The notes below the pieces were generated by a model that worked only from the letters and a program-made list of their open reading frames with translations, did not search any database and was not told where the DNA came from. Below are positions 10,801-17,961 of a stretch of DNA of 64,000 nucleotides, one piece after another. The stretch is from an uncultured Gammaproteobacteria bacterium. GTDB taxonomy: Bacteria > Patescibacteriota > Microgenomatia > Levybacterales > GWA1-39-11. Location: contig CAYRKM010000002.1 in NCBI GenBank assembly GCA_964425075.1, positions 64,058 through 128,057 of the forward strand. Direction: 5' to 3'. Every line of letters begins with the position of its first letter. Position 1 is the first letter of the stretch. Position numbers and translations under genes: made by a program.

Positions 10801-12245
10801 CTGCTGCTACTAAAAAAAGGGGCTTAACTCGGGATGTTTTTGACCAAAACACTGACGGAGCAATAGTACTACCAACAAGCAGAGAGGTAAATTTAAACAG
10901 TATTGGCATAAATCACACACGACATCACCAAATAGACAGAGAGGAAGCTTTGGCAATTACAGATTACTTCGACTCAGTGAGTCAATACCCTCTCCTTACA
11001 GTTGAGCAAGAACGTATAGCATTTAGATATCTAACTGAGGGAAAATCTGTCGCACAACTTCGTGATGATGGAGCATTTCTTGCGGCAAATCCTCGTAGCA
11101 CTGCAAAAATGCTTGCTGTACTTTCCGATAGTCGCTCCGTTAGAGATGTACTTGTTGCCTGTAATTTGAGACTCGTTGCCTCAATAGCAAATAGGTACAA
11201 AGGAAGACTTCCTTACACTGACCTGCTCCAGGAGGGAAATATTGGATTAATTAAGGGAATTGACGATTTTGACCCTGAGCGTGGATTAAAGCTTTCAACA
11301 TATGCAACCTGGTGGATTAAGCAATCAATAAGGCGTGCTATTGCTAATACGTCCCGAACTATTGACTTGCCTGTACACATGCATGAAATGGTCACAAAAA
11401 TGGTGCGTGTTTCAAATGAATTTTTTAGTAAACACCAGCGCTATCCATCTATAGAGGAGCTGGTTTCAGAAGGGTTTACTATATCCCAAGTTAACACAGC
11501 TATGCGCATAGCACGACTTGGAATTTCCAACCCCTCATCTCTTGATAGAACAATAGACGATGATGGTGAAACCACAATCGGGTCATTTGTTTCGGACGAA
11601 GGTGATCTTGAAGAAGAAACTATAGCCGCGATGGAAGAGGCTGAGCAAAGTCATATCGTTGGGCGTGCACTTTTATCTTTAAGCGAACGGGAACAGTTGG
11701 TGCTTACTCTTAGATTCGGGCTTGATGGTTCTGGCACTAGAACCCTTGAACAGGTTGGTAAAGAAATTGGTGTGACAAGAGAAAGAGCACGACAAATAGA
11801 AGTTAGTGCCCTAAAAAGACTTCGAGTAAATACCGGGCTTAGGGAGGCATACGATGGAGATTCCCCAAGTTTGCTTTGGTCAAGGGAAGTCTTGCCTACA
11901 AACGTATTGCCTCTTAGACCAGGGCCAATAGACATTGAGAGGGTCTCAGCAATCTCACAAGCTCAAGAAGTAGAAAGGTTGGAGGAGGAGAAAAACAGTC
12001 TTGAATTTGGCAGACAAGTTGTGGAACAAATAAAAATGGTACCTGATATATGGAATGCTTTAACTGATAGAGAGAAGACGCTTTTGACTCTTTATTTTAA
12101 AGGCACATTTGACCACAACACTACTAAAAGTAGACTTTCAAAAATCTTTGGCATAACCGAACAAGAGCTGTCTGTTTACATCGAGTATTCTGTTGCTTCT
12201 CTAGCCAAACACGTTGGTATGACATCCTCTGAGCTTCCTTCTTGA
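7809..12245 (+). CDS. giant fusion protein: N-terminal unknown region + Snf2/RapA-like ATPase + complete RpoD-type sigma-70 + extra sigma-4-like HTH
   Basis: Uninterrupted 1478 codons (TTG at 7809; first ATG at 7818). Snf2 motifs ADEPGTGKT, IIDEAHNV, QAIDRVHRIGQ. Sigma region 2 DLLQEGNIGLIKGIDDFDPERGLKLSTYATWWIKQSIRRAI and region 4.2 TLEQVGKEIGVTRERARQIEVSALKRLR are near-identical to RpoD consensus. Confidence 0.8.
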   Translation: MSIMETLHSGFDHPPVGPAPHPDSSGRPVTHPLPGELDGEGMLDPTSLDFWRNLHANLTGFISKNYPFSDFLKNFDSEKGKVGRTHSNGDTNATYAYLNAIYKQRSFSHPGHPTLEQHIVSQFTPPTDDPDFAEIVEETRSLIRQRFPEHQLPRTTSLVKLQDPEFWSEFEDELSKTPSSSIFADFLKGGGGLSEDGSQMQGKYHDVWLDIYDPRGRTEFRNAYKEQTGRDIDTDSARDAQRIFFEVAPARIKAQLIKRYPRIFSGFAVEWVGNSQLPKAAQAVINTLGWLGEDNRKKILDVLSKYVHIETSSTSGFDFSAEDTSIILGQAAEQSEVVAAEVGPPTLETIIRDATNTFQLVEQEKLDNGNSENEQLSSELTAALETSYLYPTLRNVLYKPFALFWSKYLETHGGSSVPEDEMRSFLDTYAHNEIAQTSLSPEEQQMLERLKKNVFSTIFSEFIEIANYSSQINHFRERSIDGKAKHLFFHQVEGIKHLVEKGAGILADEPGTGKTVTLALAALNRVDQKFREPGKIARVLVVGSKTVNNNWEEELEMHVAPGDVDTVNFNSDELAQLSQAKRLEIMAQRLKNPTADRQVLLVNYDLFRNSFFQELLHSAGIDCTIIDEAHNVKSRFMDSIAEHNDDTSHNARLAKRTTNLYRFLLSNPNMDVYLGTSTPFVKELIEPLIMGHLVDRWSLPIDRVSALREDPAGANLALREVMIRRRKDAISDIPPKDTDFIPVDLSLLSAAERSELVSLGLDIERADESSFRRFFSMLSIEAQAKMPWLIEKINELTSDGRKVVVFTPFVNDQERLTASISTKAIAKRLIDSGITSVGVLDGTLSESEKLAVQRDFHDPNGVRVLVGNYQTAGESITLNSPFNRATEVIILVAPNTISRYIQAIDRVHRIGQDEKVTIHVPFLTEDPIARPDGTYDRRIVSRMLRELSLFNAVVDGLFFVEAADYYDEIRRGKNGNSEPRTALESGQTVRLDTEQKPPAATKKRGLTRDVFDQNTDGAIVLPTSREVNLNSIGINHTRHHQIDREEALAITDYFDSVSQYPLLTVEQERIAFRYLTEGKSVAQLRDDGAFLAANPRSTAKMLAVLSDSRSVRDVLVACNLRLVASIANRYKGRLPYTDLLQEGNIGLIKGIDDFDPERGLKLSTYATWWIKQSIRRAIANTSRTIDLPVHMHEMVTKMVRVSNEFFSKHQRYPSIEELVSEGFTISQVNTAMRIARLGISNPSSLDRTIDDDGETTIGSFVSDEGDLEEETIAAMEEAEQSHIVGRALLSLSEREQLVLTLRFGLDGSGTRTLEQVGKEIGVTRERARQIEVSALKRLRVNTGLREAYDGDSPSLLWSREVLPTNVLPLRPGPIDIERVSAISQAQEVERLEEEKNSLEFGRQVVEQIKMVPDIWNALTDREKTLLTLYFKGTFDHNTTKSRLSKIFGITEQELSVYIEYSVASLAKHVGMTSSELPS

Positions 12246-12281
12246 ATAATTCTAGCCTAAGGTGTAATATTCTTCGATATA

Positions 12282-13505
12282 ATGGCTGTAGATTTTTTTA
12301 GATACTACGTAAATCAAGAATTAATAAAACAAGCATCCGAGCTTAGCTCCAAAATCTCACAACTCTCCCTTGGTGGTCAACAAGAAGAAGCAGTGAGAAG
12401 AATGAGAGAAGCGAGACTTATATTGGAGAAAGTAAGAGGAGTTGATGCTCTAACAAACCAATTTCTTGAAGGACTCGAAGGCTTAGGAATTGAGCAACCT
12501 CCAATCAGTATTTTCTCATCCCCACCGGTCTCGCTTGAGCCCGGGATACCTTCTACAATTCCTGAAGTCACAGAACCCGAAATCCCTTTAGCATCAGGCT
12601 TCGAGACACTTCCTGATGAAAAAAAACATGCGGCAGAACCTGAGACAGATAATGCACAACTAAAACTAGATGACTTGCCTTTAGTTAAAAATGAAAGAAG
12701 AGCTCGTCGTGATTTGGGTGAAATAGAAGAACGTGTTGCATTTGCGCTTTTTGCAATTAATAGAGAGGGTAGTAATTTTGCTTTTCCTACCTATAGAGAA
12801 GTTGCTGAAGCAGTTTATGAAGGCAACACCGTAAATACAAATTATGTCAAAATGTCCGTAGCCAGAATTTTTGAAAAATTTGAGACTTTTAGTAGAAATC
12901 CTGATAATTCTTTACCTGTGCTTCAGAATTTCTACGACTGGCTTGGAACCATTTCTCAATACTCACAGGGGGAAATTCCTATTGAGGTGTTTGAGTCTAT
13001 TGCCTTACGTAAAATATCTTTTGAAGAATTCGAGGCACTTCTGAAAAATGCAGCTCCCCAAGAACCCTCCGGAAGTGATGAGTCTTCATATTTAACTTTA
13101 CCAACAACCGACACGAAAGATAACGAAACTTGGGAAGAAGAGAACCCACAGCCGATTCTTAACTTTCCTGAGATAGACATGCTTTGTCAGGTTATGCTAA
13201 GTGTTCGCAAGGATTTACTTAAGGAAGCTGGACTTGGGTGGCAGGACAGTGACTTTATGGAAATTGAGGGCATTGCAGAAAGACTAGGAATACAGGAGGG
13301 AGGTTCTGATATGGAAGCGCTGTTGCAGTCACTTAGACAAAAATTGGCAATTTTCCTACAAGCAAAGGAGGCCACTCTTGTTGTAAATGCAGACAATGAA
13401 GCAGCTCTAGCGTTATTATTCTTACTTTCAGATATAAGCTCTCAAGAACATCTCGATAAACTATTTGCTTCATTTGTAGCTCAAGCTGCAATAAACATGC
13501 ATTAA
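12282..13505 (+). CDS. acidic hypothetical protein, co-directional immediately downstream of the Snf2-sigma fusion
   Basis: 407 aa, no TM, Glu/Asp-rich, 36-nt gap to upstream gene; no recognisable domain. Confidence 0.55.
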   Translation: MAVDFFRYYVNQELIKQASELSSKISQLSLGGQQEEAVRRMREARLILEKVRGVDALTNQFLEGLEGLGIEQPPISIFSSPPVSLEPGIPSTIPEVTEPEIPLASGFETLPDEKKHAAEPETDNAQLKLDDLPLVKNERRARRDLGEIEERVAFALFAINREGSNFAFPTYREVAEAVYEGNTVNTNYVKMSVARIFEKFETFSRNPDNSLPVLQNFYDWLGTISQYSQGEIPIEVFESIALRKISFEEFEALLKNAAPQEPSGSDESSYLTLPTTDTKDNETWEEENPQPILNFPEIDMLCQVMLSVRKDLLKEAGLGWQDSDFMEIEGIAERLGIQEGGSDMEALLQSLRQKLAIFLQAKEATLVVNADNEAALALLFLLSDISSQEHLDKLFASFVAQAAINMH

Positions 13506-13871
13506 CTAAGATATTATCTTAAAACCCAATACCAAAACTCTATCATCGTCTTTTACATTCTTACCATAATATTTTTCAAATACTTTTCTTTGCTCTTCTT
13601 TGGAAGAATAAACCTCATGACCATTTCTATCTATTAGTAATTCTTCGAAAATAGTCCAATATTTTTCAATGATTTTAACTTTCGCAAAAGGCTTTCCTGT
13701 TTGACTATCTTTTACCATGATTTCATCCTCAATATTTAGAAAGTCGTACTTGTTTCCTAAGCGGTAAGTGAGTGTTTTGGAGCCATTAAGAATGAGAGGA
13801 ATTAAGTCTGTAGCAAAACCTATAGCTGTATTTTTGAAAAACATAGAAGATTTATGCGTGACATTGCTCAA
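13506..13871 (-). CDS. ASCH (PUA-like) domain protein, putative
   Basis: 121 aa; pattern LILNGSKTLTYRLG ... resembles ASCH beta-barrel proteins. Confidence 0.4.
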   Translation of the reverse strand: MSNVTHKSSMFFKNTAIGFATDLIPLILNGSKTLTYRLGNKYDFLNIEDEIMVKDSQTGKPFAKVKIIEKYWTIFEELLIDRNGHEVYSSKEEQRKVFEKYYGKNVKDDDRVLVLGFKIIS

Positions 13872-13981
13872 GTATTACGTATTTTCTTGCCTCACTCATC
13901 CGTCCGAAGGTCGGATGAGCGGGATAAGAACACTTCGCCCTGCTCAGAACCTTGTCCCGTCAAAAAATCCTAGATTTTTTG

Positions 13982-14052
13982 AGCGGGATAGGAGAATCGA
14001 ACTCCTTACCTCAGATTGGAAATCTGATGTTTTACCGGTAAACTAATCCCGC
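13982..14052 (-). tRNA. tRNA-Gly (TCC)
   Basis: Reverse complement has acceptor gcgggat/atcccgc, anticodon stem tcaga/tctga, loop TTTCCAA, T-loop TTCGATT. Confidence 0.85.
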
Positions 14053-14163
14053 TAGTATTTTCAAAGGAAATTAGTTTGCTTATTCATTTCTGAAAACCAA
14101 ACTAATAACGCTTTTGCTTAAGCTAATTAAGCTTCAAAATTATACCAAAGGAAAAAGCAGTAA

Positions 14164-15333
14164 TCAACTTTTTTTCGTGCGTTTGAGTTCAACGAAGTAA
14201 AAAAGAGCAATTCCTATAAGTACTAAAAATGCGCTAATAAAAAATGGGGCTCTTAGGCCAAAACTTGCTATAGAGTAGCCTATCACAATAGGCCCTATGA
14301 CTCTTCCCAAGCTCTCAAATGAGAATGCAAGTCCCATTGTTACTCCCTGGCCCTCAGTTGTTTGCTTTGACAAAAAAGCATTTACTGATGGCCGAGTCAG
14401 TGAGCTCCCTACAACGTAGGATATTGAAAAAATAAGAAAAAATGGCAATAGTGGAACTAGCGTTGCTGCAATTAGTCCTCCGGCAAGCAAAATAATTCCT
14501 ATCAAAATTGCATATAGATCGCCCACCTTTTTCTCAAGTTTTGCAAGAATTACCCATTGCGTAAATGCTGCTGTAAATCCAGTACCTGAAAAAAGTAATC
14601 CATTTTGTAGAGCGCTAAACCCAAAAACTCCCTGTGTATAAAATGGAATAGAAATACTAAAATTTGTAACATAGAATCCCCACACAAGCGTAAGGTAAAA
14701 AAGTACTCCAAACTTACCCTTCAGCGCAAGATACAGTGGCTTTATATTAATTAAACCCTCCCTAATACTAATGGTTTTATCCCTCTCAGTTACTGTTTCT
14801 TGAAGGAAAAACGTAATAATAAGAAGATTGACAAGTCCCACTCCAAATGCGACAAAAAATGGTGTTTGGAGCGCATGACTTCCCAAAAAACCCCCAATTG
14901 CCGGTCCCACAATAAACCCAAGCGCAAATGTACCTGTAACGCGTGAAATGTACTTCGAGCGATTATCCCCCTTTGAAACATCGGCTACATAAGCAAGGGC
15001 TGCGGGCAAAACTCCCGAAGTTCCTATTCCTTGAAAAGCCATACCTACAAAAACCCAACCAAGTGAGGGCGCAAATCCCGTTACCAGGAAAGAGAAAGCA
15101 TTTGCTCCTATTGAAAATAGTAATACAGGTTTTCTACCATACCTGTCTGAGAATTTACCCATGAGAGGAGCAAGTAAAAATTGAACAATTGCAAGAGTTG
15201 AGGCGAGAAGTCCTACTTGAAAAGAAGTTGCATTAAAGTGTTGCGCAAATAAGGGCAATATTGGAAATATCATCCCGACTCCAATAATATTTATAAAAAC
15301 TGTTACATATAACCAATAAAATTTCTTTTCCAT
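14164..15333 (-). CDS. MFS transporter (DHA1/TetA-like)
   Basis: 12 TM helices; MFS motif-A-like GKFSDRYGRKPVLL between TM2 and TM3. Confidence 0.8.
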   Translation of the reverse strand: MEKKFYWLYVTVFINIIGVGMIFPILPLFAQHFNATSFQVGLLASTLAIVQFLLAPLMGKFSDRYGRKPVLLFSIGANAFSFLVTGFAPSLGWVFVGMAFQGIGTSGVLPAALAYVADVSKGDNRSKYISRVTGTFALGFIVGPAIGGFLGSHALQTPFFVAFGVGLVNLLIITFFLQETVTERDKTISIREGLINIKPLYLALKGKFGVLFYLTLVWGFYVTNFSISIPFYTQGVFGFSALQNGLLFSGTGFTAAFTQWVILAKLEKKVGDLYAILIGIILLAGGLIAATLVPLLPFFLIFSISYVVGSSLTRPSVNAFLSKQTTEGQGVTMGLAFSFESLGRVIGPIVIGYSIASFGLRAPFFISAFLVLIGIALFYFVELKRTKKS

Positions 15334-15571
15334 AATCTATTAGTAAATATAGGAGCCCATTAAATACACATTTTCAAATTGGCTCAATGAAGATACTATC
15401 ATTCAAATTGAGGATGAGCAACACAAAAAAATTTCACTAAAAAACAACATCCAGTAAAGGATTTTAGAAATATCAATCTTTCACAAAACCTTCACCTTAT
15501 GTCTTTTCCGGAAATAGTATGTCTACCAATTTTGCAGACATAAGGCAGATAAATGAATCCTTACTACCAAC

Positions 15572-15787
15572 CTATTTCTTTCCACCCATTTGTTTTTCCC
15601 AGAGTAGCCAAAGACCAGATAACCCAACCAAAACGTACACTAACCATTCAACTGTTGGCCAAGCTCCAAGAAGCAAATTCACTACGTTGTAATTCGTTCC
15701 GCCCATAAATCCACCAAGTCCAACGAGCAACCAGTTAACCGCACCTACTATAACTAACCACCAAGCGAGAGTTTGTAATGTTTTCAT
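15572..15787 (-). CDS. DUF378-family small membrane protein
   Basis: 71 aa, two TM helices, WxxVGxxN-like pattern typical of DUF378. Confidence 0.55.
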   Translation of the reverse strand: MKTLQTLAWWLVIVGAVNWLLVGLGGFMGGTNYNVVNLLLGAWPTVEWLVYVLVGLSGLWLLWEKQMGGKK

Positions 15788-15893
15788 TTTTTATCACCTC
15801 CTTTCGTATAGCCTAATTTAATAGTAGAACTGTTTTGGAATATTAGTCAAGGGGGTAAAATATCAGTACAAGAAGCCTTAAGGTGTACATTCC

Positions 15894-16114
15894 GTCGGGG
15901 ATAAAGCAAGTTTGTCCCCTTCTTCATTTCATTCAGTCGGGGATAAGGAAACCTTGTCCCCACCAAATTCTTCGAGTTTGTCGGGGATAGAGGACTCGTT
16001 CTGTGAAACAGCCTGCAAGACAATCCGACCTGCCGAAGGCAATAATGTCGGGGATAGAGGACTCGTTCTGTGAAACAGTCTGCAAGACAATCCGACCTGC
16101 CGAAGGCAATAATG
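15894..16114 (-). repeat. tandem partial copies of the tRNA-Pro 3' end: two 67-nt units plus two degenerate hairpin units
   Basis: Every unit starts with gtcggggata..., the reverse complement of the tRNA-Pro 3' terminus. Units 15980-16046 and 16047-16113 differ at one base. Confidence 0.85.
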
Positions 16115-16187
16115 TCGGGGATAGAGGACTCGAACCTCCGACCTCACGGTCCCAAACCGCGCGCTCTACCAACTGAGCTAATCCCCG
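16115..16187 (-). tRNA. tRNA-Pro (TGG)
   Basis: Reverse complement has acceptor cggggat/atccccg, anticodon loop TTTGGGA, T-loop TTCGAGT. Confidence 0.85.
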
Positions 16188-16408
16188 AATTGTTTATATT
16201 GTAATTCCTCACCTCATCAAATACAAGATTTGAGTCTAAGTGGTGTAAAGTGTATCAAACCACATAATGACCATGTGGATAAGTTCAAATAGTACTTGAC
16301 AAACAGAGTTTGAACGTGCATATTAGTATGGTAAGTTCAAATGAGCTTAAATCATTCTAAAGAATATTTAGAAAGATTATTATAATTGAAAGGAGGTGAA
16401 GTAAAGAT

Positions 16409-16585
16409 ATGAAAATGCAATTTTATGATGTAAAGACTCGAAGCAAAGTTGACGCTGAAGTAACTGAAAAGACTACTTACCAAGTAAAGGGACAAACTAA
16501 ATACGCTGTAAAGGGAAAGACTTCAGACGGACGAAATTTGACTAGATTCGTAAGCAAAGATGCATACGACTCAGCAAACGTTTAG
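16409..16585 (+). CDS. small basic protein (58 aa), hypothetical; not in the ORF track because <60 aa
   Basis: ATG preceded by strong SD aaaggaggtgaa at consensus spacing; Lys-rich product MKMQFYDVKTRSKVDAEV...; inverted repeat follows the stop. Confidence 0.4.
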   Translation: MKMQFYDVKTRSKVDAEVTEKTTYQVKGQTKYAVKGKTSDGRNLTRFVSKDAYDSANV

Positions 16586-16650
16586 TCAGCAGTGTGTTGT
16601 ACGCAATACACTACAAATTACATTAACAGGCCGCTTGACGGTCTGTTAAT

Positions 16651-17448
16651 GTGTATAAAAAACATATGGAAGTTTTAGTATATATTCTCTTATTTAACCT
16701 TTTTGGGAGCGTCATTTCACTTTTTGGTGGAGTACTTCTTCTCCTAAATAGAAATTTTTCACATAGTGTCTCTCATTATCTTTCCTCATTTGCTGCTGGA
16801 ACACTACTTGGAGCAGCTTTTTTTGACCTTTTACCTGAAGCATTGGGTGAGGGAGAGCATTCTGGGATAAAGATAATTACAATTTTTGCTTGGACACTAA
16901 CAGGTATTTTGTTTTTCTTTCTTATTGAAAGATTTTTGCATTGGTTTCATCATCATGGCTACGAAGACCATGAAGCTACCGGAAAACCCACAATTCCACT
17001 AATTGTAATAGGAGATACAATCCATAACTTCATTGATGGGATTGCAATTGCCGCAACATTTATGCTTAGTATTCCACTTGGAATAGTTACCACCTTTGCA
17101 GTTGCCGCTCATGAAATACCTCAAGAAATTGGTGACTTTGGTATTATGCTTAAGAATGGGCTAAGCCGAAGAAAGATACTGACAGTAAATATAGGCAGCG
17201 CATTAGCCTCCTTTATTGGAGCCATTCTTGCTTTTTATTTCATAGAGCAAGTAGAGGGTCTTACTGCAATATTTCTATCTCTAACCGCCGGCTTTTTCTT
17301 ATATATAGCACTTTCAGATCTTATTCCAGAGATTCATCACGAAAACAAAAAAGGGCTTGCTCTTTGGGAAACAACTTGCCTTTTAACTGGAGTAATTGTT
17401 ATGTACCTTGCTATTTTAATTCTGGAGAGTTCATTGGGGGGACACTAG
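16651..17448 (+). CDS. ZIP-family metal (Zn/Fe) transporter
   Basis: 8 TM; ZIP signature HEIPQEIGDFGIMLKNG and His-rich loop HWFHHHGYEDHE. Confidence 0.8.
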   Translation: MYKKHMEVLVYILLFNLFGSVISLFGGVLLLLNRNFSHSVSHYLSSFAAGTLLGAAFFDLLPEALGEGEHSGIKIITIFAWTLTGILFFFLIERFLHWFHHHGYEDHEATGKPTIPLIVIGDTIHNFIDGIAIAATFMLSIPLGIVTTFAVAAHEIPQEIGDFGIMLKNGLSRRKILTVNIGSALASFIGAILAFYFIEQVEGLTAIFLSLTAGFFLYIALSDLIPEIHHENKKGLALWETTCLLTGVIVMYLAILILESSLGGH

Positions 17449-17452
17449 AAGA

Positions 17453-17959
17453 TTATTGAACAATCAAAGTTCCTACCATTCCCATTGCTCGATGATTACC
17501 AACGCTACAGTAGTATTCGAAACTTCCTTTTTTAGTAGCCTTAAATTTAATAGTTTCAGAACTTCCGGCCTGTAAAACTTTGGTTCTTGCACTAAATTCA
17601 TCAATCACCCAGTCATGTGTACCCTGAGCATTAGTAAACACTATTTCAACAATATCTCCCTCATTTACCGTAATAGTTTTGGGATCAAACTTAAAAGCGC
17701 TTCCTGTAACTTTAAAGGATTTAACTTCACCCTCAGCCATATCTCCATTTGACTCAGACTGTAATTCTTGGGCAACTGTAGGCTCGGCTTGAATATCAGT
17801 TGTGGTTTGCGTAGAAGGTTTTTGTGTTAAAAAGTAGGCTATTATTCCAATGACTGCAACCGCAGCAACAATTCCAATAATGATAGTGGTGCTCATTCCT
17901 TTCTGTGAATTTCTGAATTTCATAATAATTAATATGCCATTCTTTGAAAAAAATGTCAA
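17453..17959 (-). CDS. membrane-anchored cupredoxin (blue-copper) domain protein
   Basis: N-terminal TM; C-terminal type-1 copper ligand pattern H..C..H..M (GTHDW ... YYCSVGNHRAMGM). Confidence 0.7.
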   Translation of the reverse strand: MTFFSKNGILIIMKFRNSQKGMSTTIIIGIVAAVAVIGIIAYFLTQKPSTQTTTDIQAEPTVAQELQSESNGDMAEGEVKSFKVTGSAFKFDPKTITVNEGDIVEIVFTNAQGTHDWVIDEFSARTKVLQAGSSETIKFKATKKGSFEYYCSVGNHRAMGMVGTLIVQ

Positions 17960-17961
17960 GC

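Noticed and set aside
13880-13930. Second copy of gagcgggata (the 3' end of tRNA-Gly-TCC) 60 nt away, as a possible att-site scar
   Set aside because: Only a ~10-nt match, and it is embedded in a GC hairpin (ctcatccg…cggatgag) that looks like an ordinary terminator. Too short to call a duplication.
15894-16114. Possible CRISPR array
   Set aside because: The repeats are contiguous 67-nt units with no unique spacers, they derive from the adjacent tRNA 3' end, and no cas genes are nearby.
15929-16172. Two overlapping minus-strand ORFs (72 and 79 aa) across the tRNA-Pro repeats
   Set aside because: They are translations of the tandem tRNA-end copies and of the tRNA-Pro gene itself. No SD, and the repeat structure explains the open frames.
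16296-16330. Promoter for the small SD-bearing ORF (TTGACA … TATTAG)
   Set aside because: The spacer is 19 nt and the -10 is poor. Not convincing enough to list as a feature.
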